A DNA stretch of 60,899 nucleotides from positions 1-60,899 of the IMG/VR virus record IMGVR_UViG_3300009164_002363; one strand, 5' to 3'. The translations under genes and the position numbers were made by a program. The first letter of the stretch is position 1, and each line of letters starts with the position of its first letter. The notes under the pieces are model-generated. The model was not told the origin of the DNA. It was given only the letters and a program-made list of their open reading frames with translations, and made no database searches. Origin of the DNA: a virus. Taxonomy: Duplodnaviria > Caudoviricetes. Shown here in pieces: positions 17,558 through 28,900 of the stretch.

Positions 17558-19063
17558 TTATAATACTAGTGCTTCGACTAGTTTAATACCAGTGTCGTCA
17601 CTGCTTTCTAATGCAATTGCAAACACATCTGCAGTATTTCCCATGGCTGCTTGAGCAGTGCCGTTTGGGCCAGCAACTAAACGTTGACCTTTAATAACTG
17701 ATCCTGTTACTTTAACTGGGACTCGGCCTTTTAATGCAACTGCTGTGCCGCCTTCTAATTCGCTATTCATTAAATGTGCAGGATTAGCAGATACTGCACC
17801 AATTGCACGGAATCCAACTTGTGCTGCGGTAACTTCTGTTTCGCCGCCTATCATTACAACTGTACCAACTTCATATTCAGCATCAGCTAAGTATTTTTCT
17901 GCCAAGTCAGCATAACGAGCTGCGGTAGCTGTACCATTAAACACATTAGCTGTTAAGTTTCCAGAATTGTCTCGAGCAGCAATTGTGTTAACTCCTGCTG
18001 TAGTTTGGGCTGTATAATAACTTCCTCCGGCAACTTGAAGAGAATCTGCTTGAGTTGCTGGGCCGTTAAAAGATGTTGCATACACTGTTGCATATTTAAA
18101 ACTAGCAGAACCAATATTAGATACACTATCTGCACCTGGCAAAATATTATTAGCAGACAACGTTAGCGGAGTCTTAACCGATCCTGATGTTGTCTGGAAA
18201 GACATCAATGAAGTTGCTGATTTAAATACTGGATTACTCGAAGTAATATTAACTGTTAGAGTATTAACGCCGGCACCACTTGTGCCACCAACGGTAAATC
18301 CGTCACCATTAAATAATACAGGATCAGCTGCTGGTGTAAAATCGTAATTTAAAATAGCAAGAAAATCGTTAGCAGTAACACCGCCAAGTGCCAATGCATT
18401 AGTAGCAGTTCCATGGAAAACTTCAGTTGCTGAAGTGGTTACACCTTCTGCATTGTTAGTATCTTTTAATGTAATACCAGCTTTAATAATTCCAAAACCT
18501 GCAATACTATTTCCAGGAATAGCATCATCAATTACAAACGAAGTTTTAGAAATAATGTATAATGTAGAGTCGTCAACAATAGCTTGGATAATTGGAACAT
18601 ATGCACCACCTGTGCCCACTGTAGCTTTAACACTACGAGATTTCATTTGAGTAGTCCCGCTACCTGAAACTCCTTGAGGACCAACTAGAATAAATTCTGT
18701 TCCGCTCCATGAAAACAGCTGATCGTTGGCAGTATTCCACCAAAAGTCACCTACTGTAGGGCTTGTTGGAGGAGTATCTCCAGTCTCAGCACCACCTGTG
18801 GTTTTCCACCCAGTGGCACCTGTAGCTGTATAATACTGCAATTTCTTAGTTAAATTATTATAGTAAAGTTGTCCAGTAATAGGTCTTGCTGGGAAAGATG
18901 GGCCGGCGAAATTTTCTAGTAAATGTACAAAATTTTCGTTTTGAACTTCACCATAACCAGCATAGTTTTTGCCGATAAGTTTAATATCAAGCGTATTATC
19001 GATGGTACCGTCTTCAACGACGGCAACTGTTGTTCCATTATATCTATCAATGCTGTACGACAT
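17558..19063 (-). CDS. tail fibre-like protein with C-terminal intramolecular chaperone-like domain
   Basis: Shared N-terminal fibre domain (IGKNYAGYG..ENFVHLLENFA); C-terminal ADLAEKY..GTVVMIGG..ALKGRVPVKV. Confidence 0.7.
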   Translation of the reverse strand: MSYSIDRYNGTTVAVVEDGTIDNTLDIKLIGKNYAGYGEVQNENFVHLLENFAGPSFPARPITGQLYYNNLTKKLQYYTATGATGWKTTGGAETGDTPPTSPTVGDFWWNTANDQLFSWSGTEFILVGPQGVSGSGTTQMKSRSVKATVGTGGAYVPIIQAIVDDSTLYIISKTSFVIDDAIPGNSIAGFGIIKAGITLKDTNNAEGVTTSATEVFHGTATNALALGGVTANDFLAILNYDFTPAADPVLFNGDGFTVGGTSGAGVNTLTVNITSSNPVFKSATSLMSFQTTSGSVKTPLTLSANNILPGADSVSNIGSASFKYATVYATSFNGPATQADSLQVAGGSYYTAQTTAGVNTIAARDNSGNLTANVFNGTATAARYADLAEKYLADAEYEVGTVVMIGGETEVTAAQVGFRAIGAVSANPAHLMNSELEGGTAVALKGRVPVKVTGSVIKGQRLVAGPNGTAQAAMGNTADVFAIALESSDDTGIKLVEALVL

Positions 19064-19086
19064 TCGTTCTACCCCTTAACTATTAG

Positions 19087-19093
19087 TATTTAG
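19087..19093 (-). promoter_or_regulatory. late promoter-like CTAAATA
   Basis: Intergenic, upstream of 19063; resembles the T4 gp55 TATAAATA box. Confidence 0.6.
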
Positions 19094-19101
19094 TTTAAAA
19101 T

Positions 19102-20208
19102 TCAATTTAGATCTACCCATGTGCCTGCTGCGTATGCTTGAATTTTATCTGTTGTTGTGTTATAAATTAACTCACCATTGTTTTCGCTAGTCATAACTCT
19201 TTCATCACGGTCAAAAGTTGTATATTTTGGAAGCTGAAGTTGTGTAGATGCTCTAAATCCGCCCGTTACATCTAGGGTATACTCTGGGGAAGTGTTAAAA
19301 ATACCAACTTTACTGTCTTGACTGTCTACGTAGATTGCATCTACAAGGCCTCCAGAATTCTTAACTTTAAGTAAAAAATCTTGGAAAGTAGCAGCACACA
19401 CTATTTGAAATGAACTATTATCTACCCTAATCTCTGTTTGAGATCCTGCCCCTAGTATCAGCGGAGTGCTATTTAAAATTGATAATGTGCCAGCGTTATC
19501 ATTAGTTGGATCTGAGGCAATTGTTGAATTACCCAGCGTTGATACAAAGTTTGCGGGTGTTTTACCCATCAATGCATCAGCGTTAGTAGCAGTAACACGA
19601 AATTTCATACCTGCCAATGTGCTTTGATTAAATCCTGGGCCAATTTCGCCAGTAAATCCTCCGAGGCCAGTACTATCCTCACGAGGAGTAAACGCTACGG
19701 GATCTTTACTGAATATACCAAGTAATGCTTGCCCAACATATAGTTTAACAATTACTCTAGGAGCATTGTTAGTATCATATATAGTGTCAACTTCAAATCC
19801 TGATTTCTTCTGACTGTCTTTCCAAATTTTACTAGCAGGGTATTTGTTAGTGCCAGTATAAAAATACAGTTGATTTTCTGCGCTGTCAATCCAAAAATCT
19901 CCCTGGATTGCTGTAGTTGGGGGGATTGTTGATACTATGGGGCCACTGCCGTTTTTAAATCCAAGGCCGTCATATACTTTTAATCTATTCTCACTAGTGT
20001 CAAACCAGATTTGACCCGGTAATGGGTTATTAGGTTGGCTTGTATTTGCAAAGTTTTCAAGAATCTTTACAAAGTTTTCATTGATAAACTCACCGTAACC
20101 TGATACATTCTTACCAATGAGTGTAATATCTGTAGTTGTTTGATCTATTGCACTGTCGATAACTTCAGCAATTAGCGACCCATCTGTTTTATTAATCTTA
20201 TAAGTCAT
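19102..20208 (-). CDS. short tail fibre / baseplate-associated protein
   Basis: Same N-terminal domain as its neighbours; KVGIFNTSPEYTLDVTG fibre motif. Confidence 0.65.
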   Translation of the reverse strand: MTYKINKTDGSLIAEVIDSAIDQTTTDITLIGKNVSGYGEFINENFVKILENFANTSQPNNPLPGQIWFDTSENRLKVYDGLGFKNGSGPIVSTIPPTTAIQGDFWIDSAENQLYFYTGTNKYPASKIWKDSQKKSGFEVDTIYDTNNAPRVIVKLYVGQALLGIFSKDPVAFTPREDSTGLGGFTGEIGPGFNQSTLAGMKFRVTATNADALMGKTPANFVSTLGNSTIASDPTNDNAGTLSILNSTPLILGAGSQTEIRVDNSSFQIVCAATFQDFLLKVKNSGGLVDAIYVDSQDSKVGIFNTSPEYTLDVTGGFRASTQLQLPKYTTFDRDERVMTSENNGELIYNTTTDKIQAYAAGTWVDLN

Positions 20209-22313
20209 TATATAATCCTACCAGTAAAGATGATGTAGTTAATTGTCAAGTACGGATTCATTGTATTAAATGGAACTGATTGTGCGCCGGTAGCGTCAAT
20301 TGGGCCACTGTTAGTTAAGTACTGGCCAGCATTAGTAGCTGTAGCTCCCAGACCGCTTGTTGCATCAGTATCGTCAGGGGCGCCAGGTGCATTTCTAAAT
20401 GCATAGTATTGACCGCCAGCATTTCCTTGTAGATTATGTCTGTGTTCTGGAAGATTGTTCACTGTTAATGTCTTATCTTCAGCACCGTTATACATACCAA
20501 CAGTATCTGCAGTTACAGCAGTTACTCTATCTGCTGCTGGAGCAATTGTTGTATTTGACGTTTCACCAGTTGGTAGCAGTGGGACAATAGTACCATTGTT
20601 CATACTGTCTTTTCCTAGAGGAAATCTACCTCTAAGATCAGGAATGCCAAACGTTGATACTCCTAGTATATCCACTAGTGGTTTGTATGTATAGCCGATT
20701 ACAGCAAATAATTCAGGATATGAAGAAATTAGTTGTTCGCTACCATCACATAACAAATAACCGTTAGGAACAGTTGTTCCTGCAAAAGGAAGAATAGTAC
20801 CTGCTGGTATTGTTGCAACATTTGCTAAAAAAGTTTGTTTATTAGTTTTTCTTAACCCTGTACCAATTCTATTAATAATTAATTCGTCGGAACTATTTGA
20901 ATCAAGAACCGCAGTTTTAGTATTGATAAAGTCTGAAGAGATAACTGTAGTAAATGTTGCAACGCCACCTACTTGGGCGCCTGTAAAGCTAATTGGATTG
21001 CTAGTTATATCTCCCTGTAACTGAAATACTGTAGGACTAGTTAGTCTTGTTGCAGTACCAGTAACTGAACCAGATAATTGGCCAACAAATGTTCCGTTAA
21101 ATGTAGTTGCATTAATTGTAGGTGCTGTTATTGCTCCTGATGCAGCAATTGCTCCTGTTACCGTTAATGCACCGGTTGCCGCAGTGCCTACTACAGTTAA
21201 ATTTTGTCCAACTTGTAAATTTTTTGTAACGGCTGCTCCGCCTGCTGTTTGTAAACTACCAGTAATTAAATTAGTTGCATTAGTAGTTCCAGTAATTAAT
21301 ATACTGTCACTGGCTGCAATTGATCCTGTTACATCTAATGCTTGCGCAGGATTAGTTTTATTAACTCCAACACGTGGTCCAGTAACCGTGATAACATCTT
21401 TATCAACGCCACTTTGTTTAATTCTAATAAAAATACTAGAGCCGTCAATCTTATTATATAAAACTGATTCCCCTACTTGACTAGCTGTTAATGATGTTGC
21501 TAAATCTGAACCTACTGTGATACCCAAATTGTTTCTAATTCCTAATCCGTAGTTAGTAACACTGGCAATATCACTTCTTAAAAAGTTTGTTGAAGCAACT
21601 GCTGTATTTCCTACTAATAAATTAGATGCAGTTTCTGCAGTTCCCCATAGTTTGTTAAGAGCAGTACCGTTGCCGTCAAAGTCTTTGGTGGAAATATTAA
21701 TACCTTGCTTGATTGTTGCAAACCCGTCAATTGTTACTTTAGGAGTAAATGCATCCTTGCTGATAATTGCAACAATTTCATCAGCTACAACTAATTTAAT
21801 TACATTATGATTAATAGCGATTGGAGCTGTTGTATCGGGTATTGGATCTCCAACATATGGCCCTGTTTGTGCGCCTGCACTAAACTGTGGGCCTACAAGG
21901 ATCCATTGAGATCCTGACCATAAAGATAATTGTTGGTTTGAAGTATCTACCCATAAATCGCCAAGTGTTGAATTAGTTGGTCGACTAGTTCCTCTGTGAA
22001 CATTACCTGCAGGTACCCAATTTAAAGATTCGTCACATACTAATAATTGCGGCTGCGCCGGGTTAGATGTACGTCCAGTATTATACCATAACTGTCCAGG
22101 AATTGGGGAGCCAGTGTCTGTAGGCTGGCTTCCTGGTGGTGTAGCCCTGGCAAAATTTTCCAGTAGATGTAAAAAGTTTTCTGCAATAAATTGCGAATAT
22201 CCAGTGTAATTCTTTCCTACAAATGTTAAATTTGTTGTCTGATTGAGTTGCTGGTCGTCAACTACTAGTGGAGGGTAATTTACTGAATCTTGGTGATCAA
22301 TATTATATGACAT
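20208..22313 (-). CDS. tail fibre protein with phage tail collar domain
   Basis: IPAGTILPFAGTTVPNGYLLCDG..YPELFAVIG..PDLRGRFPLG collar motif; C-terminal PYLTINYII. Confidence 0.85.
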   Translation of the reverse strand: MSYNIDHQDSVNYPPLVVDDQQLNQTTNLTFVGKNYTGYSQFIAENFLHLLENFARATPPGSQPTDTGSPIPGQLWYNTGRTSNPAQPQLLVCDESLNWVPAGNVHRGTSRPTNSTLGDLWVDTSNQQLSLWSGSQWILVGPQFSAGAQTGPYVGDPIPDTTAPIAINHNVIKLVVADEIVAIISKDAFTPKVTIDGFATIKQGINISTKDFDGNGTALNKLWGTAETASNLLVGNTAVASTNFLRSDIASVTNYGLGIRNNLGITVGSDLATSLTASQVGESVLYNKIDGSSIFIRIKQSGVDKDVITVTGPRVGVNKTNPAQALDVTGSIAASDSILITGTTNATNLITGSLQTAGGAAVTKNLQVGQNLTVVGTAATGALTVTGAIAASGAITAPTINATTFNGTFVGQLSGSVTGTATRLTSPTVFQLQGDITSNPISFTGAQVGGVATFTTVISSDFINTKTAVLDSNSSDELIINRIGTGLRKTNKQTFLANVATIPAGTILPFAGTTVPNGYLLCDGSEQLISSYPELFAVIGYTYKPLVDILGVSTFGIPDLRGRFPLGKDSMNNGTIVPLLPTGETSNTTIAPAADRVTAVTADTVGMYNGAEDKTLTVNNLPEHRHNLQGNAGGQYYAFRNAPGAPDDTDATSGLGATATNAGQYLTNSGPIDATGAQSVPFNTMNPYLTINYIIFTGRII

Positions 22314-22924
22314 TATGCAACCTCACTTAATCCAGTTAAACTCTGGATACGTACAGTATAATCAACTTGAATTAAACGGTTTAAACTTTTCTGTACTGGG
22401 TGAAAAATGACATGTGTTAACAACTTGCCGGTGCCGCTAGTACTGTATGATCGTAGTCCTAACTCATCAAAAACAAAGTCTGCATTGTTGTTAGTAGTAT
22501 TGTCAAATGCATCTTGGCCTTGTGGCTCGCCATAATCTAGCAAACAAGTAACAAAAACGTCAGTATAGTTAGTACCAGTTACGTGACGTGTTTCAATTTT
22601 GTTACGCACAGGATCTAAGTTAGTTACTGATCTATCATCTATAACTTTACTGTAGGTTTCACTGTACAATGTGGCGCTGGTGCCGGTTGAGTTTGGCGTT
22701 AAGTAGGTGATAATACCTGTAGGATCTACAGTTGTACCACCGTTGCCAAACGCAATTTCATAGATAAATCCTTGCCCGGCGTTGGCAATACTTTCTGCCA
22801 ACGCAACGCTCATATTTTCGTAGTGTATAGCATTACGTTTATTAATGAAAACCTCTTGGGTTTTAGGGTCATATATTTTAATATGACCTTCTATATGAAT
22901 TCCTGATAAGTCTTTACCTTGCAT
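22313..22924 (-). CDS. putative baseplate structural protein
   Basis: 203-aa beta-rich ORF between the giant protein and the fibres; GATAAATA late box upstream (22945-22952). Confidence 0.6.
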   Translation of the reverse strand: MQGKDLSGIHIEGHIKIYDPKTQEVFINKRNAIHYENMSVALAESIANAGQGFIYEIAFGNGGTTVDPTGIITYLTPNSTGTSATLYSETYSKVIDDRSVTNLDPVRNKIETRHVTGTNYTDVFVTCLLDYGEPQGQDAFDNTTNNNADFVFDELGLRSYSTSGTGKLLTHVIFHPVQKSLNRLIQVDYTVRIQSLTGLSEVA

Positions 22925-22947
22925 ATTGATCTCTCATTGTTTATTAT

Positions 22948-25900
22948 TTATCGTGGCCAAACAGTTGCGTTTTCTTTCAAAAAATTAGCAATCTTATTGT
23001 TAGAATTTGCCAAACTCTTGCCTTCATCTTCCCATAATTTCAACTCTTTCTTAACAATAACTACCTTTGTTTTCTCAGCGGCAGCAGTTGTCAGTGTGAT
23101 TCCGTTAGTAGTTCCATCTACAGAAAATTCTGCAGGGAATGTACTATCACCCTCTGGACTGTACGGATAAGGACTATTAGGATAATTGTTTGATTCTACA
23201 AACAGATTGTACTCTGCTTTTTTCAACCTGTATCCGTTGACAAATACGTCAACTTCATTTACATCAGTAGGTGTGTACGCTAAGTTACCTAAGTTTGTAG
23301 TCACTCCGTCGCTGACAAATGTATTAACAATAATTGTGTCAGTGTACGGAATAGTTTCAGTTGGTCCAATATCTTGCACAGATTCTCCAGCTGCATGAAC
23401 TACTGGAGTACCTGTACCTAATGTTCCTCGGCGTAACTGACCTAATACATTACCTATTTTAGTAAAATATTCGATACGCTCTCCGTTAATTTCAATAATT
23501 CCCGGTAAGTTAAGAGCTGGGTTAGGTAAAGAAAATACTGCGCCATCTGTTACCGTAATCTCAATATCAGATTGAATTAAATCAACGGCTAATGTAGAAG
23601 CTTTATCTTCACGTAAACGTTTATAATGTACACGATTTAGCATATCTTTAAACTGCATAAATCCAAAGCTAGTAGTTATTGTCTCATCAGAGAACAACAT
23701 TACTTGAACTACATCAGTATTAACTAACCAGTCCTTTAATTTAACAGTTACTCGATCATCTTCTACCACATAGTCAACGCTATGAGTCAATAATGTTCCA
23801 TTTTTAATAACCCAAACAAAATCATCTGACACTGCCGGGCGGCGTAGACTAAATTGTCCACCTAATTTATTAGTAAATTCATAATAGTCAGTTGTACCAG
23901 GAGTTAATATAGTAGATGGAACAAATACATCTGTAGTTCTATCAATATCTAGTAACATATGATTATAGAATGTAATTATTTCTATATCAGTGTTATCTGG
24001 ATACACCGTAGCAAACTCTATAGTTCCATTATTAGTCACTGAATAATCCGAATCTAGATTAACCACTACTGCTAGTTTAGCATTTTCTACATATGATGAT
24101 TGCGCAAGTTCTATTGTGATTCCTAATAAATCAACAATATATTCTACACCTGGTGTTAGCTTATTAGAATCAGAGTATACTTGAATATCTGTAGCATTAA
24201 TGGTATATGTTGCAAATTTATGTGCAGGAATACTATAAGATAATTTGTTATCTAACATTGAAAAGTACATAACTGTAGGCGGACGAAGTATCTCTTGCCC
24301 TTTTCGTACAATAATGTTAGTTTCGTAAGGTTGTAATCTATTTCCTGGCAACAAAGATGAATTTAAATTATCTAAGTTATAACTTGTATCAACTCCGTTA
24401 GTAGTAATAATTTGACTTTTTACAACACTAGAAGTTTGTATAGAAGTGCTAGTATCTATCATGTAATTGATGAGAGTATTTTCTTCCACTGCTTCGCCAA
24501 ATCGTATAGCTACTCTGTTAGGGCTATCGTATGTTGAATCAGTTTTGAATAATTCATAATCGGCTACTACCCCATTAACTAGGACTGTAGAATTTAATGC
24601 TCCTTCAAGCCACGGAGCACGAGTTACATATTCCGTAGTGCTGCCATCAGCTATAAAGTAGTCTAAGTCTAATATATCTTCACCGTTAAATCCTATACTA
24701 ATTACACTAACAACTGAATCAGTAATTGGTGCAGTATCAAATTTTATCAAATTTGACGACCAGTCAATAGTATAGTCTAGCTGATCAATTATTTCATTAC
24801 CAACTTTTACAATTACTGAACGATCAGTAGCAAAGTATTGACCTATAATAAATTCAGTAGTTGTGCCGTTGCCTTTGTAATTCTTAAACAGAATATTCGG
24901 AGCTCCGCCTGCTGGTCTATGATATACTTTAATAGCTACTGCATCTGTTATGTGACCTGGAACGATTTCTTCAGGAGCATGACTAGTTGTTGGTGTTACA
25001 AAATCGTCTCCGTCAATATTAATATCAGCTGGAGCATATCCAGTTGCTGTAGTCAGCGTTGATCCATCAAATGCGCCGCCTTGTAATTGTGTATCATATT
25101 CATTAGGTTGAGGAAGGATACTTCCATCGCTTGTACTCTTACGGAGTATAATTTTATCTTTATTATTAATAGTTAAGTGTGCATCAGGTATAGTAACTAA
25201 ATCAGTTATACCATCGGCTATGATAGATGCCATTACTACAGTTGGTTTGTCAAGCATCGGGTATGTGGTAAAATTTGGATCGTCGAGTCTAATAGGAGCA
25301 CTATACGTATACGCAAATACAGTTCCGGCAGAACCCAAGTCAACTGTTGTATCTAAATTAATTGAAAATACATTTTCAGAAATTACCTGACGAATTCGAT
25401 ATGTACCGTTGTAATTTCCAGCAGTTACTCCTGCTATAGTAACAAACATGTTGGCTGTAAATCCGTGAGGAGCAGATGTAGTAATCCACACAGATTTATC
25501 GCTTAATGCAGATTCAGTTGCTGAGATAATATTAAAGGTTGGGGTTGGAGTATATCTAGAAATATATACATTAATAATTTCACCTGCAGCAGGAACATAC
25601 CCCAATGTATGATCATAGTCACCTGCGGTGTTAACTGTAATAATTCTATCATCGTACTTGGGATCAAATCCGTCCCACTCGTCAGTAAACCACGGAAGGG
25701 CATCCCATCCGCCAGTTGCTCCAAAGCCCATTCCTTGTAATTGAACTCCGTCATAGTCAATGCCGTGCATTAACTGTGATAGATCAACTCCCAACATGCC
25801 AGCAGTGGGTTTGTAGAAAAACTTAATTCTATCAGCAGCTGATAAATGTTCAAAGTTTCTTTCGTAAATAATTCTAATTTTTTCGCCTATAGCCGGAGCT

Positions 25901-28900
25901 GTATCTAATGTTAACAATCCTGAATAGCTAGTATAACCTTTACTGGTAGATTTTTTAGTTGATAGTTTGTATTCACCTCGTAAAATATCAATGCCGGTAA
26001 CTCCCGCTGTGTCAGGATTTATTCCTGCTGGGTAAAGTTTTATAGAAACAGATCCTATTTCTATTCTAGGACTCCACTTTAGTGCAAACTGGACTCGTGA
26101 GCCTGTTCCTAAAAGGTCTTCGGAAACTTTATTAAGTTCCCCGCTTGTGTAATAATCTCGTGTTATTCTATCAAACTTAATAGCAACTTTATTAGCTCTA
26201 ACAACTTCGCTTTCGATAATAGCAACTACTGTTGCAGCAGTGCCTGTCTCTGAAAGACCACCATCAATAATAACTGTCGGCGCTTTAAGATAGCCAGTAC
26301 CGCCAGATATTAAATCAATACGATTAACTTTACCATTTGAAATATATGCTTTTGCTTGGGCGCCTGATCCGAAGCCGCCTTCAATTTTAACTATAGGTTG
26401 AGTAATATAACCACTGCCACCGTCAAAAATTTCTATAGACTGAACAGTAAACCCTACATGATCATACCAATGTTTCCACGGATATGAAAGTATATTATTT
26501 GACCCTGCTGCAATACTGCCGTCGGCCTGCACTGTTACGCTCATAGGAGTAACAGTTAAGTTATCATTAACTAACGGAATTAAATCAAAATCAGTTGTTG
26601 ATTGTCTAGCATAGTCTGTCTTGTTATAAGAGCTAACATATTCTCTAATTTTTGTTCTATAAGGTTTTACTTCATTGATATAATCTTCAAAGTTAGATAA
26701 GTTATCATTGTTATAAGTAACTTTTTCTTTTAACTCGCCAACATTATGAGTTGCTTTTACAAAACTAGTTTTAAATGCCCAGTCAACAAAAATTTGTTCG
26801 TGTAGAACATAACGCAAACTTGCAAAGAATAATTTTAAATAATCTACTCGTAAGTCATCAACTAAGATTTTGTCTTTGATTGTACTAATAATTATTCGTA
26901 ATTCTGCTGCGGCAAAATTATCATATAAAGAAGCATCAAAGAGTTGGTTATCAAATCCCACTGAAGAATTAATAAAGGTGTAAATGCTGCTTGAAAACTG
27001 TATAGTTCCGTCTTGTCTACCTACAACTTTATAATTTTGTGTATAGTCAATAGTTGTTAAATTATTGTATTTCTCTAATAATAACCAACCGCCTGTGCCA
27101 ATATTTTTTACCTTAACTATACTGCCGATGTTTGCAGACAACGTTACAAGATAATAGGTATTATCAACAAGATAGTCAATTTTTGTAAATTGTGTGTAGC
27201 CAGTAGCATACCAATCAGCGTAGTTCCAGAATTTTGTTACATCGTATGATTGGCTTCTTGCTCTATCCCAAACTTTATCTTTACTGTTCCAAGCATAAAT
27301 GCTCCATTTGTCAAAAGAATTAGTATCACTTAGTACTAGAACAGAATAAGATCTTGTTGTTAAAATCGTATCATCAAAATAATTGCGGCCTGCATTTTCT
27401 ATGTGTACATTAATAATCCTGCCAACGGCATCTAAAACTGGTGTTAGTACTGCTCCACTACCAGAGCTTGAAATTTTGATAATAGGAGGATTCTTATAAC
27501 CGTATCCTGGATTATCTATAAGCACGTCTGTTATGACTCCGTTTTCTGTCACGGCCCGTAGTTTTGCATCAACTAATGTTGATGTTCCAACAAATTTTAA
27601 TTCAGTTTCAAAGTCGATTGTAGTATCCCATAGACCCGAAACTGTTGATGGTGCAGGCTCGGACAGCATTAGATCACTTATGTCAAAATCATCGACAATT
27701 AAATGGTCCATTAAAATAGAATTTACATGCTCAATATATTGCTTTAGTGCCTCAACCCTGTTAACAAACATACCCTGACGTGGTCTAAATTCAATACCGT
27801 ATCGATTCTTCAGCGGAAGATTAGTGTCAGGCACAACTCGATCATTGCTGTCTTTACCAATTAAACTGTCTATCCATTTGTTTTCAATATTTTTAGGTAT
27901 AGTAGTATTGACATACTCGCTTATGATTTTCCATTGACTGTGCATGTTAATATCATGATTGTCAATTAACCATGTTTGGAAGTTTAAAACTATGTCATTA
28001 CCTTCTAATAGGTTATTAAAATTAACCAAACTAAAACTACTCGTACCAGTAGGCGCAACACAAGTATAACCATATCCGATTGGGTCAGAAATTAAACTAG
28101 AAATACTTTCAGCTGATAATGTTCGACCAGGAACATTTGGAGTTATTTTTTTATGCTTAACCCAGAAATAATATGTAGGAATTAATTTTTGTCCCACAGT
28201 ATCATACTTGTTTTTAACACTATAAATTGCATCTCCGTAGCGGCTTTGACCGCTGATGCCGGCTGCTAGGCCTTTAGTAGTATCGGCTAACTTGTCCCAT
28301 TCACTTGGTAAGTATTTGGTTTCAACCCACTCATAGATATCAATGCTTGCGGTTTTGTATAACTTATTCCAAGTAGTTGATCTGTAAACTACTTCGCCGC
28401 CTTGGTTATCTAAAAACTTAGCACGAGTTAGGTCCCACCACAACATTCCCACCTGACTCTTTGTCCAGTTTAACCCGCTATCAACATTAACTGCGCTAGT
28501 GCCCGTTGAATAAGTTGCTGGGTCAAAATAAGTTTTGTATCGAATTTCTTGTTCAGCAGGGCCAGGAATTTTACCTTGTATAGGATCAACTACATCAAGA
28601 TATGTTACAATCTTGTTAGTTATTTTATTATACAAGTATGCCTTTTTAACATTAGAAATATTTGGTCTTGGCTGCTCTTGAACTCGCAAAGTCCATGAAC
28701 GTTGTTCTGGATACTTAACGTAAGAGAATACTGCGCCTGCTGATGCTGCTGCATCAGGTGCACCAACTATAATTGTGTTGTTGCCGGCTGCAATAGAAGC
28801 TCCGTAACTAACTGTGGTTGAGCTAACGCTCTCCCCGTATAAAAATTCAGTACCATAAAGATCATAAATGTCTATACGACTAGCACCAGTAGCAAATACT

